DNA from: Fluviicola sp. XM-24bin1
GTDB taxonomy: Bacteria > Bacteroidota > Bacteroidia > Flavobacteriales_D > Crocinitomicaceae
Assembly (NCBI GenBank): GCA_003149635.1
Contig: QCWI01000015.1
Span: forward strand, 13,635 to 77,634
Reading direction: 5' to 3'
Length of the DNA stretch: 64,000 nucleotides
Position numbers and translations under genes: made by a program. The notes below the pieces were generated by a model that was not told the DNA's origin, made no database searches, and worked only from the letters and a program-made list of their open reading frames with translations. Positions 36,245 through 46,060 of the stretch are shown one piece after another (within the stretch, counting starts at the first letter, position 1; each line of letters starts with the position of its first letter).

Positions 36245-37674
36245 TCAGTCTTTTTGTATTTGGCTATCGCTTCAATGTGTCCCGTATGCGGAAATTGATC
36301 GACAAGAGACAACTTTTCAAGATTATACCCCTCTTGCATCAACGTATCGGTATCTCGCGCTTGTGTCGCTGGATTACAAGAAATGTAGACAATATTCTCC
36401 GCTCCAAGCTCCACTACTTTCTTCAGTGTCTTCGGAGCAATTCCAGCACGAGGAGGGTCAAGAATGATTGTTTTTATCTTCCCTTTGAAATTTGGATACT
36501 CACGAAGGAATTTACCTACATCCGCAGCGTAGAACTCTACTCCATCTATTCCATTTCGTTTTGCATTCTTCTTAGCGTCCTCAATAGCCTCTTCTACGAT
36601 GTCTACGCCAATGATGCGCACATCTGATTGACGCGATGTCAAGATTTGACCGATTGTACCGGTTCCGCAAAACAAGTCCATCACTACGTCATTCGCTTTG
36701 ATTTCTTCCTCAAAAACGTAATCCAGGGCCTTGTTATACAATCGCTCGGCGCTTTTGGGGTTCGTTTGGAAGAAACTCTCCATGGAAATTTCAAAATCCA
36801 AATTGAGCAAACGCTCTACTACGACTTCTTCTCCGTAGAGTAATTTCCATTCGCCGTTTTCGATCTTTGCGCGATCAGCAACATTATCATTAATGGTATG
36901 CTGTACACCCGCTAAGCGATCTCCCAATTTCTCAACTAAGAAGTCAACGAGTTTCTTGGTATCGAATTTCTTCTTTCCTACAGAACTGGTCACGAAATTC
37001 AAGAGAAGCTGATCTTGATGGAACGACTTACGTACAACAATATGACGGAAGAATCCTATTTTTTGGGGTGGATGCCATGCTGGCAACCCCATGGATTTCA
37101 ATAATTCTCTCAACTCAGGAAGAAGCGTTTCCCATTGCTCATCAAACATTCCGCTAGGCTTGTTCAATGATTCCACCTTCCACCAAGTTCCACGGCGTTT
37201 GAATCCAAGAGCAAATGCATCATCTAGCTCTTCGCCAGTTTCCAAATCGTGTTCAATGGATGAAAAGCTGTATTCCATCTTGTTGCGATAGAAATACGCT
37301 TCAGGAGATGAAATAAAAGTATCGAAAACGGAATCTGGATCTTTCACACCGCCGATGCGACGATATACTTCCAATGTTGATGTTCTCTTGGCTGATTGCT
37401 GCTCTTCAATAGGAACGAAAATGTAAGGCGCACCTGAAATTTCCTGAAAATCATTGATCTTTTCGATCGGAGCTCGTTCCACAACCTCAATCAACTTAGC
37501 CTCAGCGTGTCGCTTGCGTTTCTTTGCAATTCTAGCCGTGACGGTTTGTCCAGGAAATGCATTATCGACAAAAATGATGTAATCGCCGTTTTCTGTTGGG
37601 ACTTTTGCGATACCACGTCCACCGAAGGCGTAATCGGTAATTTCGACGGTTATCACTTGCGCTCTTTGAAACAT
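36241..37674 (-). CDS. rlmD: 23S rRNA (uracil-C5)-methyltransferase, RlmD/RumA family
   Basis: N-terminal TRAM-like domain, SAM-binding DLFCGTGTIG, and PPRAG plus the YISCNPAT catalytic Cys motif. Confidence 0.85.
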   Translation of the reverse strand: MFQRAQVITVEITDYAFGGRGIAKVPTENGDYIIFVDNAFPGQTVTARIAKKRKRHAEAKLIEVVERAPIEKINDFQEISGAPYIFVPIEEQQSAKRTSTLEVYRRIGGVKDPDSVFDTFISSPEAYFYRNKMEYSFSSIEHDLETGEELDDAFALGFKRRGTWWKVESLNKPSGMFDEQWETLLPELRELLKSMGLPAWHPPQKIGFFRHIVVRKSFHQDQLLLNFVTSSVGKKKFDTKKLVDFLVEKLGDRLAGVQHTINDNVADRAKIENGEWKLLYGEEVVVERLLNLDFEISMESFFQTNPKSAERLYNKALDYVFEEEIKANDVVMDLFCGTGTIGQILTSRQSDVRIIGVDIVEEAIEDAKKNAKRNGIDGVEFYAADVGKFLREYPNFKGKIKTIILDPPRAGIAPKTLKKVVELGAENIVYISCNPATQARDTDTLMQEGYNLEKLSLVDQFPHTGHIEAIAKYKKTE

Positions 37675-37677
37675 AAC

Positions 37678-38454
37678 TTAGATCATTCCACGGATGATTC
37701 CTTTGTCGGATGCCGCAATAAAGTCCAAAATCTGGTCTCTTGTACCAGAGGTTGGCACTTGATCTTTCACCGACTCAACTCCTTTGGAGATGTTATTATT
37801 CATCACATATAGAATGCGATACACATCTTCAATCTCTTTCACTTTTTCATCACTGAAACCACGTCTTCTGAGTCCGATGGAATTTACACCAGCAAAGCCA
37901 AGCGGCTCACGTGCTGCCTTCACAAATGGCGGAACGTCTTTGCGGACCAATGATCCCCCACCGATGAATGAATGCGCTCCAATGCTTACGAATTGCTGCG
38001 CTACAGCCGTTCCTTCCATGATGGCGTAATCCTCAATGGTAACGTGGCCTGAAAGCCCTACATATGAAGCGAGAATTACGTTATTTCCGATCAAACAATC
38101 GTGCGCTACGTGGACATATGTCATGAGCAAACAATTGCTTCCGACCACTGTTTTCCAACGATCTTTCGTCCCACGGTGAATCGTTACGCATTCTCGAATC
38201 ACAGTGTTGTCACCGATTTCAACCGTAGTTTCTTCTCCTTGGAATTTTAAATCCTGTGGACGAACTCCAATTACAGCTCCTGGGAAGATCTCGCAATTCT
38301 TACCGATGGTCGTTCCTTCGTATATTGTTACGTTTGGATGAATGACCGTCCCCTCGCCGATGGTTACGTTATCATAGATGGTCGAAAATGCTTCAACCGT
38401 TACGTTGTCTCCGATTTTAGCACCGGCCGAAATATTGGCGAGTTTATGAATCAT
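37678..38454 (-). CDS. lpxA: Acyl-ACP--UDP-N-acetylglucosamine O-acyltransferase
   Basis: Left-handed beta-helix hexapeptide repeats with a C-terminal helical domain, 258 aa. Sits in the lpxD-lpxC/fabZ-lpxA order. Confidence 0.93.
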   Translation of the reverse strand: MIHKLANISAGAKIGDNVTVEAFSTIYDNVTIGEGTVIHPNVTIYEGTTIGKNCEIFPGAVIGVRPQDLKFQGEETTVEIGDNTVIRECVTIHRGTKDRWKTVVGSNCLLMTYVHVAHDCLIGNNVILASYVGLSGHVTIEDYAIMEGTAVAQQFVSIGAHSFIGGGSLVRKDVPPFVKAAREPLGFAGVNSIGLRRRGFSDEKVKEIEDVYRILYVMNNNISKGVESVKDQVPTSGTRDQILDFIAASDKGIIRGMI

Positions 38455-39851
38455 ACTTTGTCTTTAATTACCTGAGCTAGCATTTCTGCTTCTACAACAG
38501 GTTTACCATTGACGTACCCTACTCCACCCATGTTTACTAATCCGCGGCGAATTGGGGACAACAATCTTAATTCGAAAACGATGGTATCTCCAGGCAATAC
38601 TTTTTGCTTGAACTTCACTCCATCAATTTTCATGAAATACGTTGAATACAAATGTGGATCTTCCACTTTGCTCAACGCGAAAATACCACCTACCTGTGCC
38701 ATTGCTTCGATCTGCAAAACTCCAGGGAATACCGGATTGCTTGGGAAGTGACCTTGGAAGATAGGTTCGTTCATGGTAATATTCTTCACACCGATAATCG
38801 TCTCTTCATGGATCTCCATGATCTTATCCACCATAAGGAACGGATAACGGTGCGGCAACATCTTTTCGATGTCATTAATGTCGTATAAAGGCTCTTTTGT
38901 CAAGTCAAAATGACGTCCTGCTTTCTCTTCGCGCTTCATGTATTCTTTCAACACTTTCGCAAATCGAACGTTTCCGGAATGCCCTGGACGTGCTCCTAGG
39001 ATATGCGCTTTGATTGGACGCCCTACTAGAGCCAAATCACCAACAATATCAAGTAATTTATGACGCGCCGGCTCATTTTCGAATTTCAGTTTAATGTTAT
39101 TCAACACGCCCATCCCTTCGATCTTGATATTCTTATCTTCTTTACCAAGTACTTTGGCAATGTGATCAATCTCTTCTTGGCTTACGTTTTCGCGCTCAAC
39201 CAATACGATGGCATTGTCCAAATCACCACCTTTGATCAAGTTGTTTTGAGCCAAGAATTCCAATTCTTTCAAGAAAACGAATGTTCTACATTCGGAAATC
39301 TCTGATTTGAATTCCCCAATGTTGTACATCGTTGCGTGCTGGGTACCCAAAACCGGAGATTGGTAATCCACCATTACGGTAAGGCGGTAATTTTCGTCTG
39401 GAACAGCCAAAAACTCAATTCCTTTCTCTACGTCTTCCCACGGAATGTTTTTATCCAATTCAAGGTAAACGCGATCTTCTGATTGATCTTCGTATCCTAC
39501 AGATTCTATGGCTGCAACAAATGGAGCAGAACTTCCATCCATAATCGGAATTTCAGGGCCGTCCAATTTGATTAATGCGTTATCAACCTGACATCCGTAC
39601 AAGGCTGCCAAAACGTGCTCCGTTGTATAGACACGAGCTCCTTTGGATTCAAGTGTGGTTCCACGATCCGTCGCTACGACAAGATCACAGTCTGCTTTGA
39701 TGATTGGTTGTTCGTCTAGATCAACACGTTGAAATTTGTAGCCATGATTGGCCGGAGCCGGTTCGATTTCGAGGGTAACTTTCTCCCCTGTGTGCAATCC
39801 AACTCCAACGAGTTTTATAGGAGCTTTTAGCGTTCTCTGCTTTTCCGCCAT
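38451..39851 (-). CDS. lpxC/fabZ: Bifunctional UDP-3-O-acyl-GlcNAc deacetylase / 3-hydroxyacyl-ACP dehydratase
   Basis: N-terminal LpxC (GVGLHTG, HKLLD.IGDL.L.G) is fused to C-terminal FabZ (LPHRYPFLMVD, FQGHFP..PV.PGVL). This fusion is typical of Bacteroidota. Confidence 0.95.
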   Translation of the reverse strand: MAEKQRTLKAPIKLVGVGLHTGEKVTLEIEPAPANHGYKFQRVDLDEQPIIKADCDLVVATDRGTTLESKGARVYTTEHVLAALYGCQVDNALIKLDGPEIPIMDGSSAPFVAAIESVGYEDQSEDRVYLELDKNIPWEDVEKGIEFLAVPDENYRLTVMVDYQSPVLGTQHATMYNIGEFKSEISECRTFVFLKELEFLAQNNLIKGGDLDNAIVLVERENVSQEEIDHIAKVLGKEDKNIKIEGMGVLNNIKLKFENEPARHKLLDIVGDLALVGRPIKAHILGARPGHSGNVRFAKVLKEYMKREEKAGRHFDLTKEPLYDINDIEKMLPHRYPFLMVDKIMEIHEETIIGVKNITMNEPIFQGHFPSNPVFPGVLQIEAMAQVGGIFALSKVEDPHLYSTYFMKIDGVKFKQKVLPGDTIVFELRLLSPIRRGLVNMGGVGYVNGKPVVEAEMLAQVIKDKV

Positions 39852-40897
39852 TAACTATGATCTTTAGTTTTCGATTTCAATTGGTCTTCCAAATTTTTCA
39901 ATCGTTCCAAAATCATTGGAAGTCGACGGAATCCCATGTATGCTTTCTTGTATTCTTTACTTTCAAATGCAGGTGACCCCATTACGGTTGCATCGTCTTT
40001 GATATCTCCCGGGACTCCTGATTGTGCAGCAATTTTTACACGATCTCCTACTTTGAGGTGACCCGCCAATCCTACTTGGCCTCCAATCAACACATTATTT
40101 CCAACCTTACAAGATCCGGCGATTCCTACTTGGGCCGCCATGGCAGTATTTGATCCAACTTCCACATTGTGTCCAATTTGAACAAGATTGTCCAACTTGG
40201 CACCTTTCTTCAACACCGTACTTCCCATGGTAGCACGATCAACTGTAGTGTTTGCACCGATATCCACGTTGTCTTCCAAAATCACATTACCGATTTGTGG
40301 AATGCGCTGGAATTCTCCCTTCTCATTAGGCGCAAAACCAAATCCATCGGCACCGATTACAGCACCCGCATGGATGGTACAATTCTTTCCAATGACACAA
40401 TCACGATATACTGTAGCTCCTGAGTAGATCACGGTACCATCACCAATTGTAACGTTCGGGCCAATGTTCGCATTCGGATGAATCTCCACATTGTTTCCGA
40501 TCTTACAATTCTTACCGATGTATGCGAAAGCTCCTAGGTACAATCCTTCTCCCACTTCTGCTGTTTCGTCGATGTAGGAAGGATTCTCAATTCTCGCTTC
40601 TTGCTTCGTCATGGTATCGTACAACTCCAACAACTTGGCAAAGCATGCATACGCATCCTCCACTTTTACAAGTGTAAGTGTCGAAGGAAGTTCTTGAGAA
40701 GGCGTGAATGTCTTATTTACGATACAGATAGATGACTCTGTAGTGTAGATGTGTTCTTCGTATTTCGGGTTGGCAAGGAATGATAGTGCTCCGGGCTTTC
40801 CCTCTTCGATTTTCGCAAGCGCATGCACCTCAACGGTTGGATTTCCTACGATTTCTCCTACGAGGAGGCCTGCAATTTGCTCAGCTGAAAATTTCAT
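39851..40897 (-). CDS. lpxD: UDP-3-O-(3-hydroxyacyl)glucosamine N-acyltransferase
   Basis: N-terminal LpxD domain, then hexapeptide repeats. 348 aa in conserved operon context. Confidence 0.93.
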   Translation of the reverse strand: MKFSAEQIAGLLVGEIVGNPTVEVHALAKIEEGKPGALSFLANPKYEEHIYTTESSICIVNKTFTPSQELPSTLTLVKVEDAYACFAKLLELYDTMTKQEARIENPSYIDETAEVGEGLYLGAFAYIGKNCKIGNNVEIHPNANIGPNVTIGDGTVIYSGATVYRDCVIGKNCTIHAGAVIGADGFGFAPNEKGEFQRIPQIGNVILEDNVDIGANTTVDRATMGSTVLKKGAKLDNLVQIGHNVEVGSNTAMAAQVGIAGSCKVGNNVLIGGQVGLAGHLKVGDRVKIAAQSGVPGDIKDDATVMGSPAFESKEYKKAYMGFRRLPMILERLKNLEDQLKSKTKDHS

Positions 40898-40975
40898 GCG
40901 TCAAAAGTAATTATTAGTCGGTATTATCTGAGAAAACAAACGGGTGTTTTATTAACATCGTTGGTTTAAAAAGCT

Positions 40976-41656
40976 TTATTTGCAGGGCTCAAGATAGTCG
41001 CTATGGAACGATGTGATATTGAGTTTCTCTTTGTACCAAACGATTTTCGTTCCGATGGTATCCTTATCCCACACGAACTCAATGTAGTGCTCTGGTTTCG
41101 AACCGGTTTTCAAATTCGTCTTCTCAAAGTCCAACACACCATTTTTCTGAATTTTTCGCCAAATCTGACGATCTCCAATCACACCCAGCTGATCTTGTTG
41201 ACAGGCTAAAAAGCTGGTGCTGTCCGTAAATACAAGGTTTTTGTCATTCGGAAAATGGATGAATGCCCCCTTCCCTTCTTTGGTACCACTTACCTTCTTA
41301 ACGCTATTGGAGATAAATGCTTCGGAAATACAACTTTCGTATGGTAGGGTAAACACATACTTCACGCCGTCTTTCTCAATGAGGTATTTTTTGTTCTTTC
41401 GACTCTTATCGCTTGCATCGAAGTCGATATTCCCATCGTTCAACACTTGAACAATATCTTTCTTCGTAATTCCTTTTTCGTCCATCTTGGCTTGGGTTTC
41501 ATCAGAAACCACAATCATTCGACTTAGGATAGTATTCTTTACACGGTTGGATGGCGTCCAAGTACACCCTCGGTTTCGAAAGAAAAAGAAGACAAATACA
41601 AGTCCTAAACCGAATCCGATACCGTAGTATTTCAGACGTCGAACGAAAGATTCCAT
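40976..41656 (-). CDS. Hypothetical membrane-anchored protein with a possible internal duplication
   Basis: N-terminal TM helix (YYGIGFGLGLVFVFFFF). Two segments share G(N/V)(I/L)DF(D/E): NDGNIDFD and KNGVLDFE. Confidence 0.45.
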   Translation of the reverse strand: MESFVRRLKYYGIGFGLGLVFVFFFFRNRGCTWTPSNRVKNTILSRMIVVSDETQAKMDEKGITKKDIVQVLNDGNIDFDASDKSRKNKKYLIEKDGVKYVFTLPYESCISEAFISNSVKKVSGTKEGKGAFIHFPNDKNLVFTDSTSFLACQQDQLGVIGDRQIWRKIQKNGVLDFEKTNLKTGSKPEHYIEFVWDKDTIGTKIVWYKEKLNITSFHSDYLEPCK

Positions 41657-41777
41657 AGTGTTGAAATTTGTGCAAAGATAGAATTAAGAAGGAGAACAAA
41701 GATGGAAAGAAGAAAGATAAAAGATGCTAGACTCGGAGACTCTGGACTTTGGAATTTCAAAAGGAAAAATTGGGCAC

Positions 41778-41835
41778 AAAAAAAGCCGGGCTTCACACTT
41801 CGAGAACCTCAGTGCACAGCTTCCGGCTTTTTTAT
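41778..41835 (-). terminator. Terminator-like hairpin downstream of trxA (A/T-flanked, possibly bidirectional)
   Basis: aaaaaaagccgg ... ccggctttttt: a 6-bp GC clamp plus imperfect inner pairing, with T-runs on both strands. Confidence 0.5.
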
Positions 41836-41851
41836 TTCGTTTGACGAATTC

Positions 41852-42169
41852 TTACAGAATCGCGTCCAATTTAGATGTCAATTGTGCTTCTGGAACCGCT
41901 CCTACTGACTTGTCAACAACTTCTCCTCCTTTCACGAAAAGAACTGTAGGAATGTTACGCACTCCGAATTGAGCAGAAACTCCAGGGTTGTGATCCACGT
42001 TTACCTTTCCGATAACCGCTTTTCCGTCGTAGTCTCCAGCCATTTTTTCAATTACTGGTCCAATCATACGACAAGGCCCACACCACTCAGCCCAGAAATC
42101 TACCACTACTGGCTTATCTGAGTTCATTACTACTTCTTCGAAATTTGCATCTGTGATTTCTAATGCCAT
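41852..42169 (-). CDS. trxA: Thioredoxin
   Basis: WAEWCGPCR active site, 105 aa. Confidence 0.95.
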   Translation of the reverse strand: MALEITDANFEEVVMNSDKPVVVDFWAEWCGPCRMIGPVIEKMAGDYDGKAVIGKVNVDHNPGVSAQFGVRNIPTVLFVKGGEVVDKSVGAVPEAQLTSKLDAIL

Positions 42170-42290
42170 ATCAATTTGTTTTTATGTTTCTGTATCTGAA
42201 ACTTGTTTTAAATTCCCTCTGGGCTAAATTACATTTTCTAGTGTATCGACAATTACTTTGCCATTATAATCTTTCTGTCATCTTGTCATG

Positions 42291-42689
42291 TTAACCATTC
42301 AAAACATTCATTTTTTTCATGGTTTTTTGATTCGATGTTTTCAAACAGAAAAAATACAATCCGTTAGACAGGCTAGTTGTATCAAACCTTACAATCGTTC
42401 CTCCCGGGCTTGCTTCGCCTTCTTTAACTTTCTTCAATTCTTGCATTTCTGCATCAAGAATTTCCAACGAATATTGTTTGGTTTCTTCGCAAGTGAAATA
42501 AAATTCTACCTCTCCTGATGCTGGATCCTTCTCCAAAGGATACAACACGCAAAAGTCTTGTTTGTTAACGCTCCCTCGGCCTAGATATTGTAGCAATTTT
42601 CGGTACGCGATCACTAGGATTAGCAGCGAAAGTGAAACAATTAATGTTGCGATTATTATAGTTGGTATGTCGTATCCTCTTAAAATCAT
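42291..42689 (-). CDS. Hypothetical membrane-anchored protein with a CTD-like beta-sandwich tail
   Basis: N-terminal TM helix. The C-terminal segment LEILDAEMQELKKV...FDTTSLSNGLYFFCLKTSNQKTMKKMNVL resembles T9SS-type sorting or FlgD-Ig-like domains. Confidence 0.4.
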   Translation of the reverse strand: MILRGYDIPTIIIATLIVSLSLLILVIAYRKLLQYLGRGSVNKQDFCVLYPLEKDPASGEVEFYFTCEETKQYSLEILDAEMQELKKVKEGEASPGGTIVRFDTTSLSNGLYFFCLKTSNQKTMKKMNVLNG

Positions 42690-42691
42690 AA

Positions 42692-42964
42692 TTACAATGA
42701 AATCAATCCTTCAATTTTGGCTGCCTGCTTGTATTTATCAATGATGGAGTCCACGTCAAGCATCAATTCTTTTGCTCCGATACTCATGTATTTACCAGTC
42801 TTCGAAGGCTGTAATTGTAGATCGTCTGCGTTATCGAACAGCGCCGTTACTTTTGCAATCCGCGCAGGGTCATTTGGAACGATAAACTTAAAAAAGTAGA
42901 CGTCCGGCCAACTTTGTAATTCTAATTGCTCCTTGAGCTTTGCGTATGTATCGTCCGAACTCAC
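42692..42964 (-). CDS. DUF493 (YbeD-like) family protein
   Basis: WPDVYFFKFIVPND ... SKTGKYMSI pattern parallels E. coli YbeD (FP..FTYKVMG ... SSKGNYHSV). Confidence 0.55.
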   Translation of the reverse strand: MSSDDTYAKLKEQLELQSWPDVYFFKFIVPNDPARIAKVTALFDNADDLQLQPSKTGKYMSIGAKELMLDVDSIIDKYKQAAKIEGLISL

Positions 42965-43533
42965 TTTTTACTTTTTTCGATCAACAAAGATAGTCGTTTC
43001 GCTTCGTTCAAAACCAAATGTCCTTGGGGCAATTTATCAATTTGGGAAATATTGTGAACTCCCGCCTTTTCAGCATCGTTGATTGCCTCTAACAAATCCA
43101 TCGGATCGGATTCCTTGCTCATCACAACGCCTGTGGTATCCAAATTCTCATTGTTCCAAATTGCGGCATATGAAAGTGTCAATTCATTTAAGGATTGAAC
43201 GACAGGAATCATCTCTGAAGCACTCACCACAGAGAACAACAACGATTTCAGGTGCGCTCTTCGTTCTTGAAATTGATGAAATGTCTCTTTGAAATTGTTA
43301 CTGAATTCTTTTTCGAAAGAGATTTCTAAAGCCAAATCATTCGATGTGCCTCCAAGCGCTAGATACGCCTCCTCTAATTTCTCTAACTGCTCAATTTTAC
43401 TTCGAAACAGACTGGGAATTGGAAAACGATTCACGAAAAAATTGCGCCATTCGAACAATTTCTGTTCGTAGACATAGTCTAGGACATCCTCGTCAGACAA
43501 AGACAAGAATATTTTAGCTTCACTTACTGTCAT
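42961..43533 (-). CDS. Hypothetical protein
   Basis: Helical with no recognised motif. Its 3' end overlaps the downstream gene by 4 nt. I prefer the start at MTVSEAKIFL (43533). The ORF track extends to 43554. Confidence 0.4.
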   Translation of the reverse strand: MTVSEAKIFLSLSDEDVLDYVYEQKLFEWRNFFVNRFPIPSLFRSKIEQLEKLEEAYLALGGTSNDLALEISFEKEFSNNFKETFHQFQERRAHLKSLLFSVVSASEMIPVVQSLNELTLSYAAIWNNENLDTTGVVMSKESDPMDLLEAINDAEKAGVHNISQIDKLPQGHLVLNEAKRLSLLIEKSKK

Positions 43534-44299
43534 CTGGCAATTCTGAAGTCCCACGGTTCTTGCGCATTCTGATATTTAAGAATTCGACCAACAGTGCATA
43601 TACCATCGCGAAGTAGACGTATCCTTTTGGAATTTCTTGACCAAATGCTTCTGCCACCAAGACTACACCAATGGTTACCAAGAACCCGAGAGCAATCATT
43701 TTAATGGTAGGGCGCGCATTGATAAAATCGCTGATGGGTTTTGCAAAAAGCATCATCACGATCATCGAAACGATTACCGCTGCGTAGATAATTACTAGCG
43801 GGCTATGTTCGCCTTCTCCTACTCCATTGGTCATACCAACAGCAGTAATAATTGAATCGAAACTAAAAACAATATCAATCAATACAATTTGCGTGATAAT
43901 TGCTCGAAGTGATGTTGCTTTGCTCTTGTCGTGCTCTTGTTCCCCTGTAATCGATTGATGCATTTCCTGCGTACTCTTGTAGATCAAGAAGAGTCCTCCT
44001 AAGAGTAAAATTAGACTTTGCCAGGAGAATTCCTTAAGCAAGGCAAATTCGGTGTTTGGGAACAGGGGCTCGTCCATATCCATTATCCAAGCGACGAATG
44101 CAAGTAAAATCAAACGGACTACGAGTGCCAAACTCAGTCCTAAATTTCTTGCCTGACGCTGCTGCTTTGCGTCTGGAAGTCGATCTGTAACAATGGAAAT
44201 AAAAATGATGTTATCAATACCCAGAACAATCTCTAGTAATGACAAGATCACGAAGTACATCAGTCCTTCCCACGTAAATAAAAGATCGAAAAATTCCAT
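43520..44299 (-). CDS. TerC family integral membrane protein
   Basis: LEIVLGIDNIIFISIV and a second FSFDSIITAVG motif, polytopic. Confidence 0.85.
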   Translation of the reverse strand: MEFFDLLFTWEGLMYFVILSLLEIVLGIDNIIFISIVTDRLPDAKQQRQARNLGLSLALVVRLILLAFVAWIMDMDEPLFPNTEFALLKEFSWQSLILLLGGLFLIYKSTQEMHQSITGEQEHDKSKATSLRAIITQIVLIDIVFSFDSIITAVGMTNGVGEGEHSPLVIIYAAVIVSMIVMMLFAKPISDFINARPTIKMIALGFLVTIGVVLVAEAFGQEIPKGYVYFAMVYALLVEFLNIRMRKNRGTSELPDDSK

Positions 44300-44354
44300 T
44301 TTGTTAGATTATGCGGATCAAAATTACAAACTATTCGATAGCAAGAGCTAAAAT

Positions 44355-46049
44355 TCAAACGGATTTGAAATGTTTGAAGAAATTCTTCAATACTCCGTTG
44401 TTTTCCGTGTTGGGCGTAACTATTTCAAGTACCGCTGGTCGTCCTTTGGTATCCATCGTAAACAGCTGTGCCAATTGACTTTCAACCTCCTGTAAATTTC
44501 TTGCGGAAAGATATTCCATATGATAGGTTCGACAAACTCCTTCAACGGATGCTTTGTTATGTGTCTCGAAGTAATTCTCCAGTTGATTGGTCGAATTTGG
44601 CCCATCGATGATGCGAAAGATCCCGCCACCTCCATTGTTGATAACGATTACTCGAAAGTTCTCGCCAATCACGTTGTTCCAGAAGGCATTGCTGTCATAA
44701 AAGAACGACAAATCGCCTGAGATCAGGACATGCGCATCATTTTTAGCCGCAAATGAAGCACCGGCAGCCGTACTGGAACTCCCATCAATTCCACTGGTTC
44801 CTCTATTTGCATAATATCGAATGGACTTGACAGGATCAAACAACTGTCCGTAACGAACCACTGAGCTATTGGCAAAATGCAAATGTGCGCTATCGGGAAC
44901 TGAATCCAAAACAACTTCAAAAACAGTCAAATCGGAATACGGTGCATTTTCGACGTAAGAAGGCATCTTCTCTTGGATCAGAAAGTCCTTTTGCTTCCAT
45001 TTCCAACCGAATTGGGAAGGATGCGCAGTCGTATTCAATGCAGGAATTGCTTTCAATACAGATCCGGCTTCGGACAAAATGGTTGCTGTCTTCTTGCGAT
45101 ATGTATCCATTTCCGGAAAGTCGAAGCCGATTTTAAGATGATTCTCAATTGATGATTCGCGTAAGAACTTCTTGATGCGTTTCGAAATAATTGCCCCTCC
45201 AATGGTAATCAGCAAATCCGGTTGGAAATCTTTTATCTCATCTTCGGAAATAGCGCTTAACGTTCTATCGATGCAATGCACAAATTTTGGATGAATCAAA
45301 TTGGAGGTATTCTCTACCAGAACTACTACTGAAGCGTCTTCGCACAAATCAACCAGTGCATTCAAAACCGCAACATCAGGACTCATTTGTCCACAAAGAA
45401 TCATCCGCTTTTTGCTTTGATTCCAGGCGGTCTCAAGGATTGTTTTGTCCGATTCAGAAATGGACTTTGAAACATTCGATTTTCTTGGAGGCACCTCAAG
45501 TTGATCCATCTCAACCGTTCCATAAAGCGGCTCCGAAAGCGGAAAATTGAAATGAATTGGGCCAATCCAACCGGATGTCGCTTTTTCAAACGATTCCACA
45601 ATTTTTGAATCGAATGCGGAATAATCTTTTGGTTCAATGAACTCTTCGATATCCAACTCTGAATGGATGTGATTGTTGTACACACCTCGCTGAAAGATAG
45701 TCTGCCCATCTCCGTGATTTACCCATTCTTCTGGACGATCGGCTGACAATACCACTAATGGAACACATTGATAATACGCCTCTGCTACCGCCGGATAATA
45801 ATTCAACATAGCTGATCCTGAGGTACAGACAACGCCTACTGGCGCCTTCAACTGCTGCGCCATACCGAGGGCAAAGAAACCTGCTGCCCGTTCATCGGGA
45901 ACGACCACAGTTTCCATTTCTGGATGATTATCGATAGCAATTACGAGAGGTGCATTTCGGGAACCGGGCGAACAGACAACATGACGCATCCCTTGCGCTA
46001 CCGCATTTTCAATAAATCGGGAGATTCCCGTTTTGTTCGTTGTCAACAT
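44355..46049 (-). CDS. menD: 2-succinyl-5-enolpyruvyl-6-hydroxy-3-cyclohexene-1-carboxylate synthase
   Basis: ThDP enzyme: SPGSRNAPL and GTSGIDG...GDLSF.YD.N motifs. Lies next to menF. Confidence 0.9.
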   Translation of the reverse strand: MLTTNKTGISRFIENAVAQGMRHVVCSPGSRNAPLVIAIDNHPEMETVVVPDERAAGFFALGMAQQLKAPVGVVCTSGSAMLNYYPAVAEAYYQCVPLVVLSADRPEEWVNHGDGQTIFQRGVYNNHIHSELDIEEFIEPKDYSAFDSKIVESFEKATSGWIGPIHFNFPLSEPLYGTVEMDQLEVPPRKSNVSKSISESDKTILETAWNQSKKRMILCGQMSPDVAVLNALVDLCEDASVVVLVENTSNLIHPKFVHCIDRTLSAISEDEIKDFQPDLLITIGGAIISKRIKKFLRESSIENHLKIGFDFPEMDTYRKKTATILSEAGSVLKAIPALNTTAHPSQFGWKWKQKDFLIQEKMPSYVENAPYSDLTVFEVVLDSVPDSAHLHFANSSVVRYGQLFDPVKSIRYYANRGTSGIDGSSSTAAGASFAAKNDAHVLISGDLSFFYDSNAFWNNVIGENFRVIVINNGGGGIFRIIDGPNSTNQLENYFETHNKASVEGVCRTYHMEYLSARNLQEVESQLAQLFTMDTKGRPAVLEIVTPNTENNGVLKNFFKHFKSV

Positions 46050-46060
46050 CTGCTACAAAA

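Noticed and set aside
36003-36627. Two overlapping + strand ORFs (154 and 151 aa) across the cinA/rlmD junction.
   Set aside because: Both are antisense to strongly supported genes (CinA N-terminus, RlmD C-terminal YISCNPAT region) and show no motifs.
41702-41972. + strand ORFs (68 and 82 aa) between the 40976 gene and trxA.
   Set aside because: They start inside the purine-rich tract, read through the trxA terminator hairpin and run antisense into trxA. The composition-driven peptides have no motif.
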